Assembly (NCBI GenBank): GCA_964428795.1
Contig: CAYRZL010000003.1
Span: 4,999-68,998, forward strand
DNA: 64,000 nucleotides
Direction of reading: 5' to 3'
Origin: an uncultured Lachnospiraceae bacterium
Lineage (GTDB): Bacteria > Bacillota > Clostridia > Lachnospirales > Lachnospiraceae
The notes under the pieces are model-generated. The model saw only the letters and a program-made list of their open reading frames with translations, was not told the DNA's origin and searched no databases. The first letter of the stretch is position 1, and each line of letters opens with the position of its first letter. Shown here in pieces: positions 28,970 to 37,807 of this stretch. A program made the translations under genes and the position numbers.

Positions 28970-31612
28970 ATGAAATTAGAAAAAGTCAAGAAAATAGGTA
29001 TCAGTCTGACTGTGGCTGCTACGATGGTAGCCCCCTCGCTGACATCTATCACAGCGAGTGCAGCGTCAGATTACGAGATTGCATTTCCAACGGAATCTAT
29101 GAGTGTGGAAACCACGGATTCAGAGGGGCGCGAAATTATGACAACGCTGACCCAGCGTGCCGCTTCCGAAATCCCGCTGATATTCGGAGTCAATGTTATC
29201 TCAGGTAACATGTTCAGCGGTCTGCAGTATCTGGCTGGTACATCCGTAAATGAAAATCCGGATCCGTATCTCTGGAATTACAACTATATGCAGGAGACCG
29301 GAAAGGAAGATCTGCCAAAAGGTACTTATTATGAGAATATTGGTAATGATCTGACAAATCCAAACGGACTGTATCAGAGCGGCGGCGGAAACCAGGCTTA
29401 TGGACAGTCTGTGGAATCCCTTGGAGGAGTGGGATACGCAGTGGGTTATCGTACCGACGTTGTATTTAGCTTTAATTCCATCCTGGTAGATCAGATTGAC
29501 TGGGTACGCAGTCTGAAGCCCGGAGATACGTATTATCAGGAAGGTGATGAGAACTACAGCCCTCTTTTGGCAGATGTTCAGACCGCCGGCGTATCGGCTC
29601 GTCTTTATTCATGGACAGATCTGGGAAGTGCTCTGTCCGCTTACTTGGAAGAGCATACGGATCTGACCACCCGTTATGACGATCCGGAGATTATCGGTAA
29701 TGATGTGGCACAGTTCTCAGCAGGTATCCCGTATTATATCGCATCCCTGATTGCGGACGGTACTATTGAAAAGAAGACAGCGGCTTATGTCAGTGCAATT
29801 GATGAGTATACTCTGACATGTACGAATCCTGCCGCTGCAGGAAATGTAGCTGCCGATGTATATGCAGAGGTTTGCAACTTTAATTATATAACTGGAGACT
29901 ATACGATAGAAAAATTGATGGAGGAGGATGTGGATCTGATCATTCTGGCAGCCAGCGGTTATGGTTATGCTAACTCGGGAAACTCTGGCGGAGCTACCGG
30001 CGGTGTCGGTGGTCCTGGCGGCGGCGGAGCCGCAAACACTTCCTCCAAACTGGACATCCTGAATGCAATCGAAGCCTTGGGTTATACTGCTGATGAGACT
30101 CCGTTGGTAATGGATTCCAATACAGTCAGCGTACAGCTTGGCAACAATGGTTACAACTTCTCCCCGATCACTCCAATGTTTATGCCTTATGTACAGACTT
30201 ATGCTTATATGGATGAGCTGGCAGAAGTGAATGAGGCGATCAATCCGGTAGCCATGGTAGTATTTATGATGGATGAGCTGGCTCACGTTACCGATGAGGC
30301 CTGCAAAGATGTTGCATTGTACTATATCGGAAGCAAATGGGATTCTGTAGACAGCGAATACGACAGAGTACCGGATCTGGAGAATTATGTGTATGATAAA
30401 GATGCGATCATCGATGCAATCTATGACGGTGTAAATTATGCATTGTCCGGCGAGGCAGAGGAAAACGGAAACTATCTGATGCCTGCTTACAGAGCAACAG
30501 AGACAGCATACCAACTTCTGACAGAGTCTTCCACCACAGAGATTCCGGAAGAAGGTCATGATTATGTTACGGTAGAAGTGAATGGCGTAACAAAATATCT
30601 GGATCTGACAGCTTTGATTGCATCTGACAGTGATGATGCAGATGATTCAGAGGATGATTCCGAAAGCGACGGAAACAATGAGTTTAACTATGATGATATT
30701 CGTACAAGCTATGAAGCAATCATCGATTACTACAACACAAGCGAGTATGGCTATGGCGATGACCTTCAGACAACACTCCAGAATTATGCTGACCATATGG
30801 TATTGCATGTATGGGAGCCGGATTTATCTGTAGAGGGATCTTATGTATATGATGATGAATCAGGTGATGATGAAGTTGTAATTGAAGATGGTCTTACTGA
30901 TACAGCAGCTGAAGACGGAAACTGGTATTACTACACAGATGGGGAGGTAAATACCTCCTATACCGGATTTGCTGAAAATAAAAATGGAAGCTGGTATGTG
31001 GAAAATGGTAGAGTTACATTCAAAACCAACAGTGTAATCAAAGACACCACAGGAGCTATCGGAACAAAGGGATCCTGGTATTATGTAGTAGGAAGTAAAG
31101 TCCGGACGGATTATACCAACGTAGCAAACTATAAGAATGCAAATGGCTGGTGGTACATCAAGAATGGTAAGGTAGACTTTACATATACCGGATTTGCATC
31201 CAACAAAAACGGCAGCTGGTATGTAGAAAAAGGTCAGGTTAAGTTCAATAAAAACAGTGTAATTAAAGATACCAAAGGAACTATTGGAACAAAAGGAACC
31301 TGGTATTATGTAGTAGGAAGTAAAGTTCAGACCAGTTATACCGGCGTAGCAAACTACAAGAATGCAAATGGCTGGTGGTACATCAAGAACGGTAAGGTAG
31401 ACTTTAGTGCAAACACTGTAGCAAAGAACAAAAATGGCTGGTGGTATGTAGTTGGCGGAAAAGTACAGTTTAACTATACAGGTGTAGCAAACTACAAGAA
31501 TGCAAATGGCTGGTGGTACATTAAGAACGGTAAGGTAGACTTTACCTACACCGGAAGAGCAAGCAACAAGAACGGTACATGGAATGTGGTAAAAGGAAAA
31601 GTAAAATTCTAA
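28970..31612 (+). CDS. Secreted wall-anchored protein of unknown function, copy 2
   Basis: 880 aa. Identical to copy 1 through residue 834. Nucleotide identity ends at 31471 and the first amino-acid difference is residue 835 (D in copy 1, N here). Only the last roughly 46 aa differ (QFNYTG...GRASNKNGTWNVVKGKVKF). Confidence 0.8.
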   Translation: MKLEKVKKIGISLTVAATMVAPSLTSITASAASDYEIAFPTESMSVETTDSEGREIMTTLTQRAASEIPLIFGVNVISGNMFSGLQYLAGTSVNENPDPYLWNYNYMQETGKEDLPKGTYYENIGNDLTNPNGLYQSGGGNQAYGQSVESLGGVGYAVGYRTDVVFSFNSILVDQIDWVRSLKPGDTYYQEGDENYSPLLADVQTAGVSARLYSWTDLGSALSAYLEEHTDLTTRYDDPEIIGNDVAQFSAGIPYYIASLIADGTIEKKTAAYVSAIDEYTLTCTNPAAAGNVAADVYAEVCNFNYITGDYTIEKLMEEDVDLIILAASGYGYANSGNSGGATGGVGGPGGGGAANTSSKLDILNAIEALGYTADETPLVMDSNTVSVQLGNNGYNFSPITPMFMPYVQTYAYMDELAEVNEAINPVAMVVFMMDELAHVTDEACKDVALYYIGSKWDSVDSEYDRVPDLENYVYDKDAIIDAIYDGVNYALSGEAEENGNYLMPAYRATETAYQLLTESSTTEIPEEGHDYVTVEVNGVTKYLDLTALIASDSDDADDSEDDSESDGNNEFNYDDIRTSYEAIIDYYNTSEYGYGDDLQTTLQNYADHMVLHVWEPDLSVEGSYVYDDESGDDEVVIEDGLTDTAAEDGNWYYYTDGEVNTSYTGFAENKNGSWYVENGRVTFKTNSVIKDTTGAIGTKGSWYYVVGSKVRTDYTNVANYKNANGWWYIKNGKVDFTYTGFASNKNGSWYVEKGQVKFNKNSVIKDTKGTIGTKGTWYYVVGSKVQTSYTGVANYKNANGWWYIKNGKVDFSANTVAKNKNGWWYVVGGKVQFNYTGVANYKNANGWWYIKNGKVDFTYTGRASNKNGTWNVVKGKVKF

Positions 31613-31786
31613 GTATTTCCGGGTTGCTTTCATCTAAAACAGGATAAATCAAAGTGGTTTGTAAAAAAATAACGAAAAAGCAGATAATTTCAAGGGTTTT
31701 TTAGGCAAAAGAGAAAAAATTGGTTTTACCTATTGCAATTTATGAAAAATTGCGTTATCGTTATCACATACAAAGAAGTAATGAAC

Positions 31787-31823
31787 AAGGGCGTTCCAAG
31801 TAACTGGAATGCCCTTCTTTATT
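31787..31823 (+). terminator. Terminator-like hairpin in the leader of the GS-III gene (possible attenuator)
   Basis: Stem aagggcgttcca / tggaatgccctt (12 bp, one G-U pair) with a 6-nt loop, followed by cTTTaTT. It lies about 120 nt upstream of the glutamine synthetase ATG. Confidence 0.5.
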
Positions 31824-31939
31824 ACTAAGTATGTGAAAGAAAGCTCAGGTGGAGGTTTCTATTCGCTGAATGGAGATATTTCATTCAGGAAGGAATGAAG
31901 TCAGACCAGGGGGATTTTATCGAAAGAGAGGATAAAGAG

Positions 31940-34054
31940 ATGAGTGAATACTTTAACGTGGTAGACATTTTCGGAGAAAACGTGTTCAATGACAGTGTAA
32001 TGCAGGCTCGTCTGCCGAAAAAAGTGTATCAGAAGCTGAAACATGTAATGGACGAGGGATCAGAGCTTGATCTGGAAACCGCAGACATTATTGCACATGA
32101 GATGAAGGAATGGGCGATCGAGCAGGGGGCAACCCATTATACCCATTGGTTCCAGCCATTGACTGGCGTGACAGCAGAGAAGCATGATTCTTTTATCACT
32201 TCTCCTGATGGAAGAGGAAAGATCCTGATGAGCTTTTCCGGTAAAGAGCTGATCAAAGGCGAACCGGATGCTTCTTCCTTCCCGTCCGGTGGTTTGCGTG
32301 CCACCTGTGAGGCGAGAGGATATACCGCATGGGATTGTACTTCTTATGCATTTGTAAGACATGATGAAGCAGGAGCAACACTTTGCATTCCTACCGCATT
32401 TTGCTCCTACACAGGAGAGGCGCTGGATCAGAAGACACCGCTGCTTCGTTCCATGCAGGCGATCAACGAGCAGTCATTGAGACTGCTGAGACTGTTTGGA
32501 AATACAACCTCCAAAAAGGTTATTCCGTCTGTTGGACCGGAACAGGAGTATTTCCTTGTTGACAGAGAAAAATATTTAAAGAGAAAAGATCTGATCTATA
32601 CCGGACGTACTTTGTTTGGTTCCATGCCGGCAAAAGGACAGGAACTGGATGATCACTATTTCGGAAGCATCCGTCCACGTATTGCGGCATTTATGAAAGA
32701 CGTAAATAAAGAGCTCTGGAAACTGGGCGTTCCGGCAAAAACACAGCATAATGAGGTTGCTCCTGCACAGCACGAGCTGGCTCCGATCTACGAGACCTGC
32801 AACCTGGCAGTAGATCACAATCATCTTGTAATGGAGATTCTGAAGAAAAAGGCAAACGAGCATGGTTTGCAGTGTCTGCTTCATGAGAAACCATTTGCGG
32901 GAGTGAACGGTTCCGGTAAACATAATAACTGGTCTATTACTACGGATGATGGTATCAACCTGCTGGATCCGGGCAAGACGCCTCATCAGAACAGGCAGTT
33001 CCTGTTGGTTCTTACCTGTATCATCAAGGCAGTAGACGTGCATGCAGATCTGCTTCGTGAATCCGCAGCAGATGTGGGCAATGATCACAGATTAGGAGCA
33101 AATGAAGCGCCTCCTGCTATTGTCTCCATTTATCTTGGAGATCAGCTTCAGGATGTAATGGCTCAGTTGATCAGCACCGGCTCTGCGGAGCGTTCTCTGA
33201 CAGGGGAAGTGTTAAAGACAGGTGTAGATTCTTTGCCGGATTTCATGAAAGATGCAACTGACCGAAACAGAACATCCCCGTTTGCATTTACAGGAAATAA
33301 ATTTGAGTTCCGTATGGTTGGTTCCCAGGATTCTATCTCTGCACCAAACGTAGTATTGAACACGATTGTGGCAGAAGCTTTTGCGGAGGCTTGTGATGTG
33401 CTGGAGAATGCGGAAGATTTTGATGAAGCACTCCATACTCTGATCAAAAAACAGGCGATCGAGCATCAGAGAGTTATCTTCAATGGTGACGGATATTCCG
33501 ATGAGTGGGTAGCAGAAGCTGAGCGCAGAGGTCTGCCGAACATCCGGTCTATGGTAGATGCGATCCCGGCTATCGTGACAGAGAAAGCTGTAAATCTGTA
33601 CGAGAGATTCGGCGTATTTACAAGAGCTGAGCTGGAGTCCCGTGCGGAGGTATTGTACGAGAAATATGCAAAAGAGGTTAATATTGAAGCGAGAGCCATG
33701 ATCAATATTACAAGCAAATCCATTATTCCGGCTGTTATCAAATATATTTCTTCACTGGCAAGCGGTGTAAACAGCGTGAAGGCGGCATGTGACTGTGACT
33801 GCAGCGTTCAGACAGATCTGTTAAAAGAGTGCTCTGCACTTCTGGCCCAGACAAGAGAGGCTCTGTTAAATCTGGAAAAAGTGACGGACGCAGGTCTGGC
33901 AATGGAAGAAGGAAAAGAGCAGGCCGCATATTACAGAGATGAGGTAAAGACTGCCATGGAAGCGCTGCGTAATCCAATCGATAAGCTGGAAATTATTGTG
34001 GACAAAACTATGTGGCCGATGCCATCCTATGGAGATTTGATCTTTGAGGTTTAG
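31940..34054 (+). CDS. glnA: Glutamine synthetase, type III
   Basis: About 704 aa from the ATG at 31940 (RBS AGAGAGGA); the track start is 31895. The length and motifs (THYTHWFQP, EQEYFLV, HNEVAPAQHELAP, FAGVNGSGKHNNWS) are characteristic of GS-III, not the 440-470-aa GS-I. Confidence 0.9.
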   Translation: MSEYFNVVDIFGENVFNDSVMQARLPKKVYQKLKHVMDEGSELDLETADIIAHEMKEWAIEQGATHYTHWFQPLTGVTAEKHDSFITSPDGRGKILMSFSGKELIKGEPDASSFPSGGLRATCEARGYTAWDCTSYAFVRHDEAGATLCIPTAFCSYTGEALDQKTPLLRSMQAINEQSLRLLRLFGNTTSKKVIPSVGPEQEYFLVDREKYLKRKDLIYTGRTLFGSMPAKGQELDDHYFGSIRPRIAAFMKDVNKELWKLGVPAKTQHNEVAPAQHELAPIYETCNLAVDHNHLVMEILKKKANEHGLQCLLHEKPFAGVNGSGKHNNWSITTDDGINLLDPGKTPHQNRQFLLVLTCIIKAVDVHADLLRESAADVGNDHRLGANEAPPAIVSIYLGDQLQDVMAQLISTGSAERSLTGEVLKTGVDSLPDFMKDATDRNRTSPFAFTGNKFEFRMVGSQDSISAPNVVLNTIVAEAFAEACDVLENAEDFDEALHTLIKKQAIEHQRVIFNGDGYSDEWVAEAERRGLPNIRSMVDAIPAIVTEKAVNLYERFGVFTRAELESRAEVLYEKYAKEVNIEARAMINITSKSIIPAVIKYISSLASGVNSVKAACDCDCSVQTDLLKECSALLAQTREALLNLEKVTDAGLAMEEGKEQAAYYRDEVKTAMEALRNPIDKLEIIVDKTMWPMPSYGDLIFEV

Positions 34055-34122
34055 CCCCGAAGAATAAAATATTGATGTTGATCACGGGTATATCTAATCC
34101 CCTTAGTTAGTATATACATCAA

Positions 34123-34161
34123 CATGAAAGAAAGAGATCATTTTGATCTCTTTCTTTCATG
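34123..34161. terminator. Bidirectional terminator hairpin between the GS-III gene and the convergent LysR gene
   Basis: Perfect 17-bp stem catgaaagaaagagatc / gatctctttctttcatg with a 5-nt loop. The arms are A/T-rich on both sides. Confidence 0.7.
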
Positions 34162-34179
34162 TCTCAGGAAGAAGCCTCA

Positions 34180-35046
34180 TTATAATACAAATTCCCGGGC
34201 AAATGTTTCATATGCCTGTTTAGAATTAGTATTTTTCCATGTGAGATAGACAATTCCTTTTGCTGTCAGGGGACAATTCCTGTAATACTCCTCATAACAG
34301 CCGGGACCCCAATCATCTGTAATTGTGACGCCTTTCCCGGCTAATACATTTGCAAGTATGGTTTGTATGTTTTCTGCTTTTTTTATTCTGGGTATAAATT
34401 GATACTCCTTGCAATAGTCTCTGTTTTTCTGAATTACAAAGTCAACATTTTCATCCAGTACAAAAAAAGTTTCATCTTTAAAATCACGGACATTCACCAT
34501 ATTATTTTGAGCCAACGGATGATATTTAGAGTAGCAGATCACTTTATTGGTTGTTGTGATTTCCTTTTTGTAAAACAGTGGATTTTCCAATCCGGGGTGT
34601 TCCATAATTAAAATCATGTCAAGTCTGTCCCGGGAAAGCTGAGAGAGAAGTGATTCCAACCCCATGCAATGAAGATCAATTTCTATTTGGGGATATTTAT
34701 TCTCAAATTCAGAAAAAAAACGGTGAACACTGTCGGGCAGTACCCATCCATCCTGATAGCCAAGGCGAATACAGCATTGCTCTGTGTCCTGTATGTAGTG
34801 TATTCTTTTTTTTACATCTGTTAATTCCATTTCCCAAGACAAAAACAGACGATAATATTGCTGCCCGGCCTCTGTGAGCTCTATTTTCTGAGTTGTTCGT
34901 TTTAGTAATTGACAATTGAGCTCTTTTTCCAGTTTTGCCACATAACGGCTGACGGTAGGCTGGCTTAAGAACAGTTTTTTGGCGGCTTTTGTATAGCTTT
35001 TCAGTGAAACAGTTAATAAAAAGCACTCAATCTCCAGACGATTCAT
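34180..35046 (-). CDS. LysR-family transcriptional regulator
   Basis: 288 aa. N-terminal wHTH (SYTKAAKKLFLSQPTVSRYVAKLEKEL) and a C-terminal LysR substrate-binding domain. The RBS is AGGAGGAA. Confidence 0.9.
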   Translation of the reverse strand: MNRLEIECFLLTVSLKSYTKAAKKLFLSQPTVSRYVAKLEKELNCQLLKRTTQKIELTEAGQQYYRLFLSWEMELTDVKKRIHYIQDTEQCCIRLGYQDGWVLPDSVHRFFSEFENKYPQIEIDLHCMGLESLLSQLSRDRLDMILIMEHPGLENPLFYKKEITTTNKVICYSKYHPLAQNNMVNVRDFKDETFFVLDENVDFVIQKNRDYCKEYQFIPRIKKAENIQTILANVLAGKGVTITDDWGPGCYEEYYRNCPLTAKGIVYLTWKNTNSKQAYETFAREFVL

Positions 35047-35191
35047 ACGCTATTCCTCCTGAATCTACTATATAAAAACTGTTTCCAAACGTCAAGGTCA
35101 ATCGTTCCGATATACAAAACGAATAGCAAACAAAACAAATAGGATGGAAGTAGGTTTATATTTTGTTCCGTTCATGGTAATGTGCGCTTCC

Positions 35192-35827
35192 TTATAAATA
35201 TTTATATTTGGCGTCCAGCCCCTTTCCCTCAATCTCAAAGCTTGCATATGGAGAAATCTGCGGATCGTCAATGACCTTGTACAGACGATAGAGCTCGGGC
35301 AGAAAGACTTCCCAGTTTCCTACCTCTTCTGCTGCGTGTGCAGCCCAGATCAAACCGGAGTCCTCATACTGATCTCCTTTCTCATGAAGCGGTATTGCGG
35401 AAGACATACCTACGATACCGGCTTCGGATGGCTGCCATTGGTGGACGCGGTAAGCTTCTTTTCTCGTTGTTTCCGGGTCATAGGTATCCTCCTTACCTTC
35501 CAGATTAAATCCTACAGCAACGATCGCATGATCATACTTGATGATTTTCCGTACATGGTCGGGAACCTTTGCCACATCATCAAGCCGGATGTACGGGGTG
35601 ATCAGGTTACCGTCATTCCATTTTTGCGGAGCACGATGGATGGAGCCGATTGGCCCGTTTTCTCTCGGATCGATCATCCATGAGAGACCTACATGCTGAT
35701 TTGGGTGCCAGAGGTTATCGCATTTTTCCATATTACACCAAAACCAGTTGATCATTTTTGCTGTTACTCCATCCAGTTCCCACTCCAGATGTGTTCCTGT
35801 TTCGTCCTGTCTTGTTTCTTTTAACAT
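35192..35827 (-). CDS. Hypothetical protein, possibly of the DAPG-hydrolase (PhlG)/phloretin-hydrolase-like family
   Basis: 211 aa from the ATG at 35827 (RBS AAAGGAGAA); the track start is 35848. It is Trp-rich (INWFWCNMEKCDNLWHPNQH) and has a C-terminal H-x3-E motif (AAHAAEEVGNW) reminiscent of the PhlG zinc site. The assignment is from memory of the family and is not verified. Confidence 0.4.
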   Translation of the reverse strand: MLKETRQDETGTHLEWELDGVTAKMINWFWCNMEKCDNLWHPNQHVGLSWMIDPRENGPIGSIHRAPQKWNDGNLITPYIRLDDVAKVPDHVRKIIKYDHAIVAVGFNLEGKEDTYDPETTRKEAYRVHQWQPSEAGIVGMSSAIPLHEKGDQYEDSGLIWAAHAAEEVGNWEVFLPELYRLYKVIDDPQISPYASFEIEGKGLDAKYKYL

Positions 35828-36040
35828 GATTCTTCTCCTTTTCTGCATATATTTTAATTGTAATAATATTATTTGATCTTATTATAAAAGAAATGAGGAT
35901 GCTTGAGAAATTCCAAAATATAACATAGATTTATTCATATTTGTAACAGATTTTTTCCCCTTTGGAGTTGCTTATTATGGTCAGATAGAGTAAAATGAAG
36001 GCTCAGCAATGACATTCAGTAGGGAAAAGGAGTAAAAAGG

Positions 36041-36757
36041 ATGTACAGTTTTAAGAGCCGGGTGCGTTTCAGTGAAGTAGATGCAGATCAGAATATGATG
36101 CTGACTTCGATTTTGGATTATTTTCAGGATTGTGCTGTATTTCACGGACAGAATGCAGGACTTGATATCGATGAGCTGAACCGCATGGGTTATGCATGGA
36201 TTTTATCTTCCTGGCAGGTGATCGTAGATCGCTATCCAAAATTTGGCGAGGAAATTACCATCAGTACATGGGCATATGATTTCAAAGATTTTTATGGATA
36301 TCGTAATTTGAAGATCGAGGATGCAAACGGTGAGGTGGTTGCCTATGCAAATTCTATATGGATTTTTATGGATATACAAAAGGGTCGTCCATCCAGACTT
36401 CCGGAGAGGGTACAGACTGCTTACGGATTTGATCCGCAGTTGCCCATGGATACCGCTCCACGGAAAATCGCACTTCCGAAAGAGATGGAGGCGGCTGCTT
36501 CGTTTCCGGTACATAAGTTTCATATTGATGCCTATCAGCATGTAAATAATGAGAAATATGTATTGATGGCCCAGGAGTACCTGCCAACGGATTTTATCGT
36601 GCATCAGATGCGTGTGGAGTATCGGAAGTCAGCGGTGTATGGAGATATAATTTATCCGTTTATACAAAGAGAAGATGGTAAAATACTTATTTCTCTGGCG
36701 GATGAAAAAGGAAAAGCATATGCGGTAGTGGAGTTTTTACAGCGTCAGGCAGATTAG
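36041..36757 (+). CDS. Acyl-[acyl-carrier-protein] thioesterase
   Basis: 238 aa. It has a double hot-dog layout with typical N-terminal (RVRFSEVDADQNM ... GYAWILSSWQV) and second-half (HIDAYQHVNNEKY) motifs. Confidence 0.8.
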   Translation: MYSFKSRVRFSEVDADQNMMLTSILDYFQDCAVFHGQNAGLDIDELNRMGYAWILSSWQVIVDRYPKFGEEITISTWAYDFKDFYGYRNLKIEDANGEVVAYANSIWIFMDIQKGRPSRLPERVQTAYGFDPQLPMDTAPRKIALPKEMEAAASFPVHKFHIDAYQHVNNEKYVLMAQEYLPTDFIVHQMRVEYRKSAVYGDIIYPFIQREDGKILISLADEKGKAYAVVEFLQRQAD

Positions 36758-36766
36758 AATAGAAAG

Positions 36767-37615
36767 ATGAGGGCGAATATGTTTCGTTTAGGTGAAAAAC
36801 AGGTATTAACAGTAATAAAAAAAGTAGATTTTGGCATGTATCTGGCAGAGACCATGAATTCAGAGGACCGGGTGCTCCTTCCGAAAAAGTATATTCCGGA
36901 AGGGACAAAGCTTCATGACAAAGTGGAAGTTTTTTTGTATAAGGATTCCAGTGACCGCCTGATTGCGACGACACTTCAGCCGAAACTGGAGTTTGGAAAA
37001 TTTGCGGTACTGCGGGTATCCCAGGTAAATAAATTCGGCGCCTTTTTGGACTGGGGACTGGAAAAAGATCTGTTTCTTCCATATAAAGAGCAGCTTTCCA
37101 GAGTGAGAGAAGGGGATGAGATTTTGGTGACCCTCTATATTGACAAGAGTAAACGACTCTGTGCCACGATGAAGGGATTGTACCACCTTCTTTGCACGGA
37201 CGCACCATATGAAAAAGACGCGGTAGTTATCGGCAGGGTTTATGAATTCAGTAATAATTTTGGTACGTTTGTGGCAGTGGATGACAAATATTCGGCGCGT
37301 ATTCCGAGACATGAGGATACACGTGGCTTAAAGATCGGTCAGGTGATAGAGGCAAAAGTAACAGATGTAAAGGATGACGGAAAGCTGGATCTGACTATTC
37401 GTAAGCGGGCATATCTTCAGATGGAGGAGGATGCAGATAAGGTTATGGATATCATTGACGAATTTGCAGGGGTGCTCCCCTTCAATGACAAATCATCCCC
37501 GGAAGTAATTCTCAGAGAGACGGGGCTTAGCAAGGCTGCTTTCAAACGGGCAGTGGGACGTTTATATAAAGAACGGAAAATTGAATTTACCGAAAAAGGT
37601 ATCCGAAGAATATAA
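36767..37615 (+). CDS. S1-like RNA-binding protein, CvfB/YitL family
   Basis: 282 aa with three S1-like repeats (FGMYL, FGAFLDWGLEKDLFLP, FGTFVAVD) and a C-terminal winged-helix region. The ATG at 36779, preceded by GAGGG, is an alternative start. Confidence 0.8.
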   Translation: MRANMFRLGEKQVLTVIKKVDFGMYLAETMNSEDRVLLPKKYIPEGTKLHDKVEVFLYKDSSDRLIATTLQPKLEFGKFAVLRVSQVNKFGAFLDWGLEKDLFLPYKEQLSRVREGDEILVTLYIDKSKRLCATMKGLYHLLCTDAPYEKDAVVIGRVYEFSNNFGTFVAVDDKYSARIPRHEDTRGLKIGQVIEAKVTDVKDDGKLDLTIRKRAYLQMEEDADKVMDIIDEFAGVLPFNDKSSPEVILRETGLSKAAFKRAVGRLYKERKIEFTEKGIRRI

Positions 37616-37655
37616 TAAAATAAAAAAGGAAGTATCACGACAATGTGATACTTCC
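37616..37655 (-). terminator. Rho-independent terminator downstream of tRNA-Gln (minus strand); may also stop cvfB transcription
   Basis: Perfect 11-bp stem ggaagtatcac / gtgatacttcc (37628-37655) with a 6-nt loop. On the minus strand it is followed by TTTTTTATTTTATT. Confidence 0.75.
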
Positions 37656-37658
37656 CAG

Positions 37659-37730
37659 CAGCGCTACCAGGGCTCGAACCTGGAAATGACGGAGTCAGAG
37701 TCCGTTGCCTTACCATTTGGCGATAGCGCT
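37659..37730 (-). tRNA. tRNA-Gln (anticodon CTG)
   Basis: The reverse complement folds by hand into a 72-nt cloverleaf. Acceptor AGCGCTA/TAGCGCT, anticodon stem ACGGA/TCCGT with loop CT-CTG-AC, T arm CCAGG-TTCGAGC-CCTGG, discriminator G. No CCA is encoded. Confidence 0.9.
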
Positions 37731-37807
37731 ATGTTTTCAACAAAGGCTAGTATACAGGATAACCTCATAAAATGCAAGCATTTTTTTGTTTTTTTCATGA
37801 AAATAAT

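Larger units (their letters stand above)
25793..31471. repeat. Head-to-tail tandem duplication with a 2,817-bp period (about 2.02 copies), apparently 100% identical
   Basis: 25793-28654 reads identically to 28610-31471. The flanking mismatches are 25792 c versus 28609 g, and 28655 g versus 31472 a. The unit carries the 3' tail of a CWB-repeat gene, a 174-bp intergenic promoter region and most of the 880-aa gene. Confidence 0.9.

Noticed and set aside
25793-31471. Mobile element or composite transposon as the explanation for the duplicated block
   Set aside because: There is no transposase, integrase or recombinase gene and there are no terminal inverted repeats. The junction lies within homologous coding repeats, which fits unequal homologous recombination.
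31787-31816. Glutamine riboswitch (glnA RNA motif) or T-box upstream of the GS gene
   Set aside because: The conserved glutamine-riboswitch core (CGUUCA ... GGAAGUAGG ... AAGGAACGC) is absent, and so are a T-box sequence and a specifier-loop architecture. Only a simple hairpin is supportable.
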